Below, piece by piece: positions 48,407 through 57,327 of a DNA stretch of 64,000 bases. The position numbers and the translations under genes are program-made. This stretch comes from a virus. How positions within the stretch are numbered: position 1 is the first letter of the stretch; every line of letters starts with the position of its first letter. The DNA lies in IMG/VR virus record IMGVR_UViG_3300000103_000003, positions 11,643 to 75,642 of that record, one strand, 5' to 3'. The notes under the pieces were generated by a model, which was not told the DNA's origin, made no database searches, and worked only from the letters and a program-made list of their open reading frames with translations.

Positions 48407-48461
48407 TAAATAACATGGAAGGAGCGATTAAGTTCTCTCCTTCCAGCAAAAATAAATCATT

Positions 48462-48674
48462 ATGAAAGTAACAGTTAATAAAAACGGAACAACAACAATT
48501 TCAGGTATTTCGGATGCTGGAATGAAAATGCTATCAAAAATACTTTTTACAGCCAATTCTCGCTGTTTTAAAGAATATGACGAAGACTTAGGCTGGTATT
48601 CGGGAGATGACTTCGTATGCTGCTTAGAAGACGCTGAAAAGAAAGCATTATCTAAATTGGAGGCTATAATATGA
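48462..48674 (+). CDS. Small hypothetical protein
   Basis: ORF track. Confidence 0.7.
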   Translation: MKVTVNKNGTTTISGISDAGMKMLSKILFTANSRCFKEYDEDLGWYSGDDFVCCLEDAEKKALSKLEAII

Positions 48675-48898
48675 GAGCAGAAAACAGAGGTAGAATTACA
48701 GCCGCTTTTATGAGTTTGGCTGCGGCTTGTATGAATGGAGCGCAAAGTATGTATGAACTTACCAAAGAGCATACTAAATATAATAATGGTGCATTTGTTC
48801 CAAAATGTAAGAAATTGCGTAAACTGGATTATAAACATGCACACAAAGAGCGTATTGCTCGGAGAAAAAAGAATAAACAACATAAAACGCATAGATAA
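48671..48898 (+). CDS. Small basic hypothetical protein
   Basis: ORF track. Confidence 0.65.
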   Translation: MRAENRGRITAAFMSLAAACMNGAQSMYELTKEHTKYNNGAFVPKCKKLRKLDYKHAHKERIARRKKNKQHKTHR

Positions 48899-48900
48899 TT

Positions 48901-49194
48901 ATGAAAGTAAGAAAATTAATTGACGCAGTAGATTTGCTGCAAAGGCAATATATATTGTTTCTCCCGGAATTTAGCAGAGTAGAGCAATATATGCACAGTG
49001 AAGACGAAAGACAAGTGACACAAATAATGTTTGACTTAAACGCTCCTATTGGCGAAACAAATGACGCAGAATGGCTTTATGCGCTTGAAGAACGTGTAAA
49101 CGAACTAACCAAACTGGAAGTTAAAGAAACTATGTTTTTTAACTGCTGTCGAGATAACGAAACGGAAAAAGCAATCATAATGCGTGTAAAGTAA
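48901..49194 (+). CDS. Hypothetical protein
   Basis: ORF track. Confidence 0.75.
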   Translation: MKVRKLIDAVDLLQRQYILFLPEFSRVEQYMHSEDERQVTQIMFDLNAPIGETNDAEWLYALEERVNELTKLEVKETMFFNCCRDNETEKAIIMRVK

Positions 49195-49385
49195 TGGAAC
49201 AAGTAAGCTACTATGATTTGTCACCAGCACAAAAGGAAGAAGCAAAACGCTGGATTGTAAATAACCTTGATATTTGGGGAACAGTAGAGGATTTGGAAGA
49301 CGATTTGGAAACTGATATATTCGACATTGACAAAGATTTTGAATTTGCTATTGAAAACGAAAAGGTATTAATTTCAATGAATTAA
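49194..49385 (+). CDS. Small highly acidic protein
   Basis: ORF track; Asp/Glu-rich. Confidence 0.75.
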   Translation: MEQVSYYDLSPAQKEEAKRWIVNNLDIWGTVEDLEDDLETDIFDIDKDFEFAIENEKVLISMN

Positions 49386-49387
49386 TA

Positions 49388-49987
49388 ATGGAACGACAGG
49401 AAATAATAGAAAGAAGCCAATGTAAAGATTTGGAGTTTAATTATCCAGATATATTTACAGATGATTGCGGACTGGGCTATGAAGCCGAAACGGAACGAAA
49501 TGGCGTTATTCGTAAATTACGTGCTGTTCCTACTTGGGGCTATCGTAAACAGAACGAAAAAAGGCGCGTTACGCTTAAAATAAGCACTTATCGCGGACAA
49601 TGTGCGGATGCTATTCATTATTATGTTGAAATGTATATTCAAGGCGTAAATATGGAATTTGTAGACGAACCCGGACACTCTACAATGTCTGGAGGTTGGG
49701 AGAAAGATAACCCCCTCTCCAGTTATTCTTATAGTCTTACATTGACACGCGCTGTTACACAGGCTGATAAAGATGAAGACGAAAAGGCTTTTTGTGAAGC
49801 GGAGAAGCATTATGAATATTACAGAGTTGGACAACAAATACCAAAGTTTAATACCTTAAAAGATGTTCACGAATTGGCTATGGAAGTGTTTAAGGCGCGT
49901 TTTTCTGGTAATTGGGAATTATGGATAGATGCTCCGTTTAAAGATTCCAGAGAACGTAAAATAGCAGAATTAAATGGAAACAATTAA
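49388..49987 (+). CDS. Hypothetical protein
   Basis: ORF track. Confidence 0.8.
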   Translation: MERQEIIERSQCKDLEFNYPDIFTDDCGLGYEAETERNGVIRKLRAVPTWGYRKQNEKRRVTLKISTYRGQCADAIHYYVEMYIQGVNMEFVDEPGHSTMSGGWEKDNPLSSYSYSLTLTRAVTQADKDEDEKAFCEAEKHYEYYRVGQQIPKFNTLKDVHELAMEVFKARFSGNWELWIDAPFKDSRERKIAELNGNN

Positions 49988-50153
49988 TGCACGTATAAGA
50001 AATAAATTATCGCCAGTGAAAAATGTAATTGCGCTTATTGAAGCGTATGGATTAGCTACTTCTGGCGAACAGAAAAAGCACATACTGGATAAAATAATCC
50101 AGTCTAAAGGAGATTTAGAATATAGTTTGAATGAATTACTTAAAATTGAATAG
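49974..50153 (+). CDS. Small hypothetical protein (59 aa)
   Basis: Hand-translated METINARIRNKLSPVKN...; fills the gap. Confidence 0.65.
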   Translation: METINARIRNKLSPVKNVIALIEAYGLATSGEQKKHILDKIIQSKGDLEYSLNELLKIE

Positions 50154-50154
50154 T

Positions 50155-50607
50155 ATGAAAGAATTTTTTAAAAACTTCAAAAAGAAATGGCACATGTATT
50201 ATTTTGGCGTAATTGTTTGTTGTGTGCTGGTATTTACTGGTGCAGCAATAACGAATACACCAATATGGTCTTCCGAGCCAACGGGAACAGTGCTGGTAGC
50301 AGAATTTGACAACCAGCAATATGAAATGGATTACATTTTTACGGTTGAAACTTATTACAAACCGGAATTTACCATTAAGTATGTAAACCAGACTGTAAAT
50401 GATGCTCTTTGGGAGCTGTATATGGAACAAAATTCTTATAGGTGGGTACTGGATGCCATAAATAAACGAAACCTCCAAAAAGAGCTAAATAACGTCTTAA
50501 AACAATATCCCGGAGCTAAGATTAGGATACGAAAAATTAATAACATACAAAAAGTTATACCAGATGACAGCAATAGACCTTATTACCACCGAACGCCGAA
50601 ACCATAA
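50155..50607 (+). CDS. Membrane-anchored hypothetical protein
   Basis: N-terminal transmembrane segment. Confidence 0.7.
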   Translation: MKEFFKNFKKKWHMYYFGVIVCCVLVFTGAAITNTPIWSSEPTGTVLVAEFDNQQYEMDYIFTVETYYKPEFTIKYVNQTVNDALWELYMEQNSYRWVLDAINKRNLQKELNNVLKQYPGAKIRIRKINNIQKVIPDDSNRPYYHRTPKP

Positions 50608-50851
50608 ATACACTGTTCAGGAAGATGCGGAATATAATCCCAATGGACAATTACTGGAAGCAGCAACAGTCTTGTTAAGAAAAGACATCTTTGCTCCTAC
50701 TTCTGTTTGTCCGAGAGGCTGGGATATGAAATATTGGCATACATTGTGTGCTAAACCTTATAGCGAACGGCTAATTATAGCTGGTTCTTTGGTAGCGGCT
50801 GAAATAGACCGTCGTGAGTACAAAACAAATCAAATTATCCATAACCAATGA
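50564..50851 (+). CDS. Conserved phage hypothetical protein
   Basis: ITTERR...EDAEY..GQLLEAA...P.GW...ERLIIAGSLVAAEIDR pattern. Confidence 0.8.
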   Translation: MTAIDLITTERRNHKYTVQEDAEYNPNGQLLEAATVLLRKDIFAPTSVCPRGWDMKYWHTLCAKPYSERLIIAGSLVAAEIDRREYKTNQIIHNQ

Positions 50852-51276
50852 ATGGAATTGCAAATGCCGATTTAATGGCTGGCGTTAAAGCCAAAATACA
50901 AGAAACCTTTGTAAACCTGATTCCAGACGACCAGTGGACTATCATGGTTAAAGGTGTTATTGATGAATGGACACGTGACGGAACGGATTGTAGAGGAGAA
51001 AAAATTCATTCTCCATTTAAGAAACTTGTTGAAGAAGCACTCTCAAAGAAGTTTACTGAAACAATAAAAACCGTTTTGGATTCTAATGATTTCCATGTGC
51101 GTTATAACCAACAAACTGGTATAGTTGTTGGACAAGCACTGGAAAAATGTATTACCGAAAATTCTGGAGCAATATTAATGCAATTCGTTGCAACAATTAT
51201 TTCCTCCAGTATGGGGCAAATGAATTTTCAATTACAGCAAACATTACAAAATGCTGGAATACAAGTAAGATACTAA
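50848..51276 (+). CDS. Hypothetical protein
   Basis: ORF track. Confidence 0.8.
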   Translation: MNGIANADLMAGVKAKIQETFVNLIPDDQWTIMVKGVIDEWTRDGTDCRGEKIHSPFKKLVEEALSKKFTETIKTVLDSNDFHVRYNQQTGIVVGQALEKCITENSGAILMQFVATIISSSMGQMNFQLQQTLQNAGIQVRY

Positions 51277-51277
51277 C

Positions 51278-51520
51278 ATGAAAAAGTATATTTGGAGTAT
51301 TATATGGGCTATTACAGCCATATTGTGTACATCACATACAATCATTTGTTTGTTGTCTGGTGGTGTATTGGTTACTTTGCTGGCTATTGTGATTTTAATT
51401 ATAATGGCATTTGCAACTCTCAAATATGTAGAATATTACACTAAGGTTTATCAACGTTACTTAGAACAGAAAGGAGAAGAGCAATGTACGACATCGACAG
51501 AACAGAAGGAGCAGCAATAG
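51278..51520 (+). CDS. Small membrane protein (2 TM)
   Basis: Two hydrophobic segments. Confidence 0.7.
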   Translation: MKKYIWSIIWAITAILCTSHTIICLLSGGVLVTLLAIVILIIMAFATLKYVEYYTKVYQRYLEQKGEEQCTTSTEQKEQQ

Positions 51521-51813
51521 ATGAAGCTATGATGCAAAATGTTTACTGGGCTACATTAGAACGCCAGTATCGTTCAGACCCTAATATAATTGCCATAATG
51601 AAAGAAAAAACAAGCATTATGGAAACGGCTACTTGTCGTTATATTAAAGAGGGAGATATATTAGTTCCTCAAATGGATACAATAAGTAAGGATAAACTAC
51701 GTAAATGTGATAAAAGACTGGATGAATATACGCATAGTTATTATCCCGAAATATGGAACTCACATCAGGAATATAAGCGTTATTATGAAACTAAAAACAA
51801 AGTTAGCAAATGA
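51484..51813 (+). CDS. Hypothetical protein
   Basis: ORF track. Confidence 0.7.
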   Translation: MYDIDRTEGAAIDEAMMQNVYWATLERQYRSDPNIIAIMKEKTSIMETATCRYIKEGDILVPQMDTISKDKLRKCDKRLDEYTHSYYPEIWNSHQEYKRYYETKNKVSK

Positions 51814-51973
51814 TTACAGTAAAAGAAAGCACAAGAAAAAACAATGTGCATGATTGGATTAGAACTAATCGCTTCAATCGCAGTGATAAACATACTGAAA
51901 AGTATAAAATAGTATCTGTATATTTTCTGGGATTCAGACTATTCAGATTTATGAAAATACTAAGTACTGGAAT

Positions 51974-52249
51974 ATGAGCGGTATTGTGATAATTGGCGGT
52001 GGCGGTTGCGAAAAGTCTTTTGTGGAAGCTGCCAGTCTAAGAATTGCGTGTGAAAATGCTGATGTTCAAATTATTGACGGTAGAAAAATGGATACCGAAA
52101 CGTTAGAGGGAATTAAAAACCTTGAACGCACTTTTCCATTTCACGCCCGTCCTGAAATACCTATGCCAACATTTTACACAGATGCGAGGTTAAAGTCTGA
52201 ATCCCAGACATGGGCGAAGCGTAATAAGAACTCTCGCAAATCTTGGTAG
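51974..52249 (+). CDS. Hypothetical protein
   Basis: ORF track. Confidence 0.7.
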   Translation: MSGIVIIGGGGCEKSFVEAASLRIACENADVQIIDGRKMDTETLEGIKNLERTFPFHARPEIPMPTFYTDARLKSESQTWAKRNKNSRKSW

Positions 52250-52250
52250 T

Positions 52251-52433
52251 ATGAATGTATTACAAAGAGAAACCATATCTGATATATACAAACAGCATAT
52301 CAAATGTGGTTTCTCTTCTGACCCTGCTGGGTTCTATAATGATTTCCGGGATTTCATTGGAGATATTCGTAGAACTGATAAAAAATTAAATGAAAATCTA
52401 AAAGAAATTGAAGACGAGTTATATGACAAATAA
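52251..52433 (+). CDS. Small hypothetical protein
   Basis: ORF track. Confidence 0.65.
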   Translation: MNVLQRETISDIYKQHIKCGFSSDPAGFYNDFRDFIGDIRRTDKKLNENLKEIEDELYDK

Positions 52434-52887
52434 TGAATTTAAGACACTATACGACCTTGCATTAGGTTTAGCGACGACAGCACATACCAACCAGACAGAT
52501 AAGGCTGGAAAACCGTATTTACTGCATCCTGTGCAAGTATCTGAATATTGCGAATCAAATGAAGCAAAAATAGTAGCTTTATTACACGATGTTCTGGAAG
52601 ACAATAAAAACTTCACACCTAATATTTTGATTGGTGCTGGAATACCAAAGGGATTGGTAATGTATATTCAGCAACTTACCAGATTCAAACATGAGGACTA
52701 TTCTGGATACATATTCCGAATAGAGCATTGCCACCCAGTTGTAATTGAAGTAAAGCTGGCAGATATGCGACACAATATGGAAGTACATCGCCTTCCAGAA
52801 TTTACACTAAAAGATGTCGAAAGACTGATAAAGTACCATAAGTATTACACTAAACTATTAAAAATACAAAATGAGCAAAGAAAATGA
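52423..52887 (+). CDS. HD-domain protein of the RelA/SpoT hydrolase (small alarmone hydrolase / Mesh1-like) type
   Basis: AHTNQTDKAGKPYLLHP, ALLHDVLED and VKLADMRHN motifs. Confidence 0.85.
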   Translation: MTNNEFKTLYDLALGLATTAHTNQTDKAGKPYLLHPVQVSEYCESNEAKIVALLHDVLEDNKNFTPNILIGAGIPKGLVMYIQQLTRFKHEDYSGYIFRIEHCHPVVIEVKLADMRHNMEVHRLPEFTLKDVERLIKYHKYYTKLLKIQNEQRK

Positions 52888-53374
52888 GGGGGTTGAGCCT
52901 CAATGCGCTGAACAGACCCCTATTACAAAGTCTGTTAAAAATGTTCCAAAAATAAAGGCAGAAACCTTTATTAAGGTAAAAACTTTAACGGAACATCCTA
53001 CTGATATATGGAATTATGAAAGTTATCCTGAACCGGGATTGTATCTTTTGGATGATGGAGTGGCATTACAATTAGTGTCTGTTCCATCTGTTAAAAAGAC
53101 ATCTAATATGATGATGCCTTGTGGTATGCCATTGCCAATAGATATGACTATCGAAATGGCTGATTCAAATTACAAGACAAACACCAACAAGAGAATCGAC
53201 CAGTTGGATGATATGATTGAAACATTACAGGATGTAATTGAAAAATTCAAGAAACCTATGGAAGTCGCCACTTTAAAGCAGGTTAAAGGAGATTCTATCT
53301 CTGCAAAAGAAGTAAGCGACATTATATTGAAGACTATGGACAAAGCGAAAGAACTTATATCATTAAAGAGATGA
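52871..53374 (+). CDS. Hypothetical protein
   Basis: ORF track. Confidence 0.7.
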   Translation: MSKENEGVEPQCAEQTPITKSVKNVPKIKAETFIKVKTLTEHPTDIWNYESYPEPGLYLLDDGVALQLVSVPSVKKTSNMMMPCGMPLPIDMTIEMADSNYKTNTNKRIDQLDDMIETLQDVIEKFKKPMEVATLKQVKGDSISAKEVSDIILKTMDKAKELISLKR

Positions 53375-54342
53375 AGCAGTACCTTGAATTAGCACAGGAC
53401 ATCATTAATAATGGTGAGGTTAGAACCGATAGAACCGGAACAGGAACTAAGTCTATATTTGGCGCACAAATGCGTTTTGATTTACGTAAAGGTTTCCCAG
53501 CAATCACAACTAAGAAAATGTTTTTCAAAGGCATAATCGGAGAGCTGTTGTTCTTTTTGGCTGGTAATACGCATCTGAAAGATTTGTGGAAAAACAATAT
53601 TCATATCTGGGATTTGAACGCTTGGGATTACTTTAAACGTTCAGTCAAAAAGGATTGCCTTAATTCTGAATATGCCAATATATCTTTTGACGATTTCATT
53701 CAGTTAGTAAAAGACTGTGAGGAAGGCGAATTATGGATTTCAGCAGACGAAGGCACAAGGGATTTTGACTATGTTTATTATCCCGGTGATTTGGGTAATA
53801 TTTACTCTAAGCAATGGCGTGAATGGTCTGGCTTTAGTGACGACGATTGTTGCCCTATGTTGGTAGACCAAATTTCAGACCTGATAAAACAAATTAAGGA
53901 AACACCAGATTCAAGGAGATTACTTGTCACTGCATGGAATCCAGCTGAAATAAACTATATGGCTTTACCTCCATGTCACACGATGTTTCAGTTCTATTGT
54001 GGAGGAGATAATCTGGAATATTTAGATTGTCAGTTATACCAAAGGTCTGGAGATTTCTTTCTGGGTGTTCCGTTCAACATTACATCGTATGCTTTATTGC
54101 TGGCGATGGTTGCGCAGGTAACAGGGAAGACCCCCCGGTATTTTGTTCACACTTTGGGAGATGCTCACATTTATCTAAATCACATAGACCAAATGCAAGA
54201 ACAGATTCTAAGAAAAGAAATGGAATTACCGAAGTTATGGTTAAATCCAGAAGTGAATGATATATTCGCTTTTCAAATGCAAGACATCAAAATATTAGAC
54301 TACCAATCACATCCAGCTATTAAAGCGGATATGGCAGTTTAA
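53371..54342 (+). CDS. thyA: Thymidylate synthase
   Basis: DRTGTGT, LPPCH (catalytic Cys), YQRSGD, PFNITSY (Asn specifying dUMP), GDAHIY. Confidence 0.97.
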   Translation: MKQYLELAQDIINNGEVRTDRTGTGTKSIFGAQMRFDLRKGFPAITTKKMFFKGIIGELLFFLAGNTHLKDLWKNNIHIWDLNAWDYFKRSVKKDCLNSEYANISFDDFIQLVKDCEEGELWISADEGTRDFDYVYYPGDLGNIYSKQWREWSGFSDDDCCPMLVDQISDLIKQIKETPDSRRLLVTAWNPAEINYMALPPCHTMFQFYCGGDNLEYLDCQLYQRSGDFFLGVPFNITSYALLLAMVAQVTGKTPRYFVHTLGDAHIYLNHIDQMQEQILRKEMELPKLWLNPEVNDIFAFQMQDIKILDYQSHPAIKADMAV

Positions 54343-54343
54343 T

Positions 54344-54472
54344 TTGTCCCAAATATTGACAATAAATGGGACATTATAATCGACAAAATTCTACATTTTC
54401 AAGGTTATAATCGACAATTTTTGCATTTTGTCCGAAAAAAGTTGTTTATTTCGGAAATTTTTCGTATATTTG
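54344..54472 (+). promoter_or_regulatory. Primary-sigma promoter preceded by a GACAA/TTGTC repeat array
   Basis: TTATAATCGACAA at 54374 and 54405 (31-bp spacing), TGTCCCA...TGGGACA inverted repeat, GTTG-N20-TATATTTG. Confidence 0.7.
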
Positions 54473-54477
54473 CACTC

Positions 54478-54622
54478 TCTAAAACGTAAAAGAATTGAGT
54501 ATTTGAGCTACACTTGAAGTAGAATAGGCTGGATGAAGGGTTGCAAACCAATGCCAGTACTCCCCGGTTTAATTGGACATTAAGAACCGAAGGCGATACC
54601 AATGAATGTTCCTACGTTTATA
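54478..54622 (+). ncRNA. Putative structured 5' leader RNA
   Basis: Closing stem AAACGTA/TACGTTT; inner GAGTA/TACTC, CTAC/GTAG, CTGG/CCAG and CGGTT/AACCG pairings. Confidence 0.4.
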
Positions 54623-54645
54623 TTAATAATTAAAATGAATTTAAA

Positions 54646-55197
54646 ATGACAACAATTCAAGCACCAAAAGAGAAGAGAACGAGATTGAAGTTTTACGAAC
54701 AAGTAAATGCCGAAGGGCTAATTGGTTTTGTTCGAGAGATGGGTAGTACACTAATAGGTGTTCCAGAAACGGATAAACACCCTAAAAAAGTAGTGTTGCT
54801 TTCCCCGGAATTAAATGTTGATATTATTCCGAACGCTTTGTATGATTGTACAGTTCGACCTATGAAGTCTGGTAAGGGCTATGTAGTGGTTGAAGCTGAA
54901 TTACATACATTTCCGGCTGTAATTGAAACAATATATATTCCAAAGGTTGAATATAAGATTACTGTGAAATTCGGTAATAAGACAATTATTTACGACATTA
55001 TACGAGGCAGAAGTATTCATTCTGGCACGATTAATGGCGTTGGTGCGGTTCTTGCTAAACGATATGATATTTTAGACAGAGAAGAAGTTTGTCGTCAATT
55101 CATAGTCGCTGCTAAAACTCTACGTCAGCATTTCGATGCTGATAAGATGATTCAATCCATTAATGGTAAACTAATTACTGAAAATATCACATACTAA
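54646..55197 (+). CDS. Conserved hypothetical protein (possible OB-fold-like segment)
   Basis: LIGFVR...IIPNALYDCTVRPMKSGKGYVVVEA pattern. Confidence 0.75.
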   Translation: MTTIQAPKEKRTRLKFYEQVNAEGLIGFVREMGSTLIGVPETDKHPKKVVLLSPELNVDIIPNALYDCTVRPMKSGKGYVVVEAELHTFPAVIETIYIPKVEYKITVKFGNKTIIYDIIRGRSIHSGTINGVGAVLAKRYDILDREEVCRQFIVAAKTLRQHFDADKMIQSINGKLITENITY

Positions 55198-55475
55198 TGG
55201 AAGGAACAATCGTAAGGGTTAAACTACCCAGAAAACGCAAAAAAGCGTACATGTATGAAGGGCGTGAATCTATCAGTAAAAAAGACAAAAAGCACCGCGC
55301 ACATCTTTTGAAAATAAGTTTTGAAAGCCGTCGTAGAACTTATCATTCATTCCGGCACTACGCAAATGTAGCTACGGATTTAGGACGTAAGTTCTGGAAG
55401 ACTTGGACTATGGATATTGCATGTGCGCCAACTGGTGAGCAATTCCCAGTACAAACGCCCACTTCATTTTGGTAA
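55197..55475 (+). CDS. Basic hypothetical protein
   Basis: RVKLPRKRKKA...PTSFW. Confidence 0.7.
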   Translation: MEGTIVRVKLPRKRKKAYMYEGRESISKKDKKHRAHLLKISFESRRRTYHSFRHYANVATDLGRKFWKTWTMDIACAPTGEQFPVQTPTSFW

Positions 55476-55879
55476 TGACACGAACAACACGACCGCTCGA
55501 AGGAATCATGGTTGATGCAGCACACTCTGAAAAACACCAGAAAACGGAATATCAGGGTGTCTGCATTGAAACCAGAGAAAAGATTTTTTACAAAGACTTA
55601 GGTTATCAGACCGTGAATATTGGTGAATTTTTAGCTCTTGTACACGCCATTAAATGGGTGATAGAGAATAATTATAAAATAAACGCTATTTATTCGGATA
55701 GTCAGACCGCCATAAGTTGGGTAAAGAATAAACGAACGGCTTCAAAAAAGAAAAATAATGAGATAAGAAAAGCGGAAATCTTTTTACAAGTGTTTGCTGA
55801 TGAAGTAGATAATATTCAGATACAGCACTGGAATAATAATACGTGGGGTGAAAACCCAGCGGATTTTGGTAATAAATAA
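55475..55879 (+). CDS. Ribonuclease H (Bacteroides/viroplasmin-type catalytic domain)
   Basis: VDAAHS, TVNIGEFLALVHA, YSDSQTAISWV and WGENPADFG acidic catalytic motifs. Confidence 0.88.
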   Translation: MTRTTRPLEGIMVDAAHSEKHQKTEYQGVCIETREKIFYKDLGYQTVNIGEFLALVHAIKWVIENNYKINAIYSDSQTAISWVKNKRTASKKKNNEIRKAEIFLQVFADEVDNIQIQHWNNNTWGENPADFGNK

Positions 55880-55890
55880 ATTAATAAACG

Positions 55891-56154
55891 ATGAAGAAAT
55901 TATTTAAGAACATTATGGTCGGCTTAGGGCTGACGGGAGCCGGAGTATTTGGTATTGCTTTGGTGGTGTTTATTGTAGCTGTGATTTTCGGTGCAGGATT
56001 CGCGTTCAGCGGACTTGTTATCTGGGGAACATGCTCTGTTATTTGCTGGCTGATTCCGGCATTAATTCCGTACATAGGAATATCGTATGGAGTTAGCTGT
56101 GGAATATCAGTATGCTTATGGCTTATTAGGGGCTTAATTAGGTCTATTTTCTAA
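55891..56154 (+). CDS. Multi-pass small membrane protein
   Basis: Almost entirely hydrophobic. Confidence 0.7.
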   Translation: MKKLFKNIMVGLGLTGAGVFGIALVVFIVAVIFGAGFAFSGLVIWGTCSVICWLIPALIPYIGISYGVSCGISVCLWLIRGLIRSIF

Positions 56155-56180
56155 ATAGAATTATATCTAAACAACAAACA

Positions 56181-56224
56181 AAAAGGCGTAGACTTTTGCA
56201 ATTAAGCATCGGTCTACGCCTTTA
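56181..56224. terminator. Bidirectional intrinsic terminator
   Basis: AAAAGGCGTAGAC/GTCTACGCCTTT between convergent genes. Confidence 0.85.
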
Positions 56225-56229
56225 TTATT

Positions 56230-57321
56230 TTATACCATCCATGCGGAGTTGGTTTGACTTGCGTCTGATTCAAAATCAGCAAACGCCCAATCATTTACTT
56301 TATTTCCATCAGCATCAACATTCCGGGGAATACCTTGTGGAGATATTTGGCACTTGTTACAACTTTTCAGCCATTTACATGTTTCTTCGTAATCATTTAA
56401 GATTGACTGGGAGACATTACTTGGAGCAAGTTTCTTCGTTACATCATACCATGATAACTGGGTTAGATGTTTTATTAAGGTTGGATTCCGGGGGTCTTTC
56501 TTGATAACATTCCTTCCAGCCAATATCTCATGTGAATTTACCTCTCCTACGGCTTGGAATAGCTCATTGTTTAGAACTACAATATCTCCTACTGCATAAG
56601 CATTGTATAGTGTATTGTATGGCTCAATAGCAGTCCAGTTGTCAGGTGCTAAATTCGGTGGTGTTAAATAATTTATCAGGGCTAAATTGGTTAGCTGATA
56701 ATATCCACCTTCATATTCGACTATATCCAATAGATTCCAGACACTTGCAGTCCAGATTGAGGCTGTTGCTGGCATCCACGGATTTACCCAGTATGATGTT
56801 CTTGGAGGCTGTATGTTATTGAGTGAGAATCCATTTTGAATTAAGCACTTATAATATAGCTCTCCACTTTTAACGTAATTGTCTGGAGAATAGTCATTAA
56901 ACTGTGTATACAAAGGAATATCTTTTGTCACTGGGTCTAATTCAATGTGTTTTGGAATATCAGCCTTTAGGACTTCCAACCAGTAAACACTTGTTGTGGG
57001 GCGAATACGCGCTCGTATTGGAGCGATTGCCATGTAAGGTGTGTCATTGAACCGTTGGTCTTCATCACGTCCTAAAACCCAAAAAAACGACCTTTCTGGA
57101 TATGTGATAAAAGGACTGTAATCTCGCATGTTTTTACCTACCTGCAAAACACTTTCAATCTGGTAGTTCTCAATCATGTTTTCGATTATCTGTGTTTCAG
57201 ATGTAATTTCAGACATCGGAATGGTTTTTTCATACCTTCTTGTAGTCTGGTCGAAATGTTGTTGCGTGGTTATTCTAAGGTAATCCACATTCCGTAAAAA
57301 TCTTTGATAAATTTCTTCCAT
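56230..57321 (-). CDS. Head-tail connector (Mu gp36 / DUF1320-like) with inserted aromatic repeat domains
   Basis: C-terminal DPRNPTLIKHLTQLSWYDV...LNDYEETCKWL helical signature; internal repeats such as YAVGDIVVLNNELFQA. Confidence 0.6.
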   Translation of the reverse strand: MEEIYQRFLRNVDYLRITTQQHFDQTTRRYEKTIPMSEITSETQIIENMIENYQIESVLQVGKNMRDYSPFITYPERSFFWVLGRDEDQRFNDTPYMAIAPIRARIRPTTSVYWLEVLKADIPKHIELDPVTKDIPLYTQFNDYSPDNYVKSGELYYKCLIQNGFSLNNIQPPRTSYWVNPWMPATASIWTASVWNLLDIVEYEGGYYQLTNLALINYLTPPNLAPDNWTAIEPYNTLYNAYAVGDIVVLNNELFQAVGEVNSHEILAGRNVIKKDPRNPTLIKHLTQLSWYDVTKKLAPSNVSQSILNDYEETCKWLKSCNKCQISPQGIPRNVDADGNKVNDWAFADFESDASQTNSAWMV

Positions 57322-57327
57322 TGTTAT

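Noticed and set aside
44686-49837. Minus-strand and alternative-frame ORFs over the early array (e.g. 45197, 46534, 48428, 49517)
   Set aside because: They overlap a gap-free set of plus-strand genes with A-rich initiation regions.
53371-54342. thyA as a DNA base-modification enzyme (dCMP/dUMP hydroxymethylase)
   Set aside because: It keeps the canonical dUMP-specifying Asn and standard ThyA motifs; the mid-protein insert resembles the known small-domain insertion.
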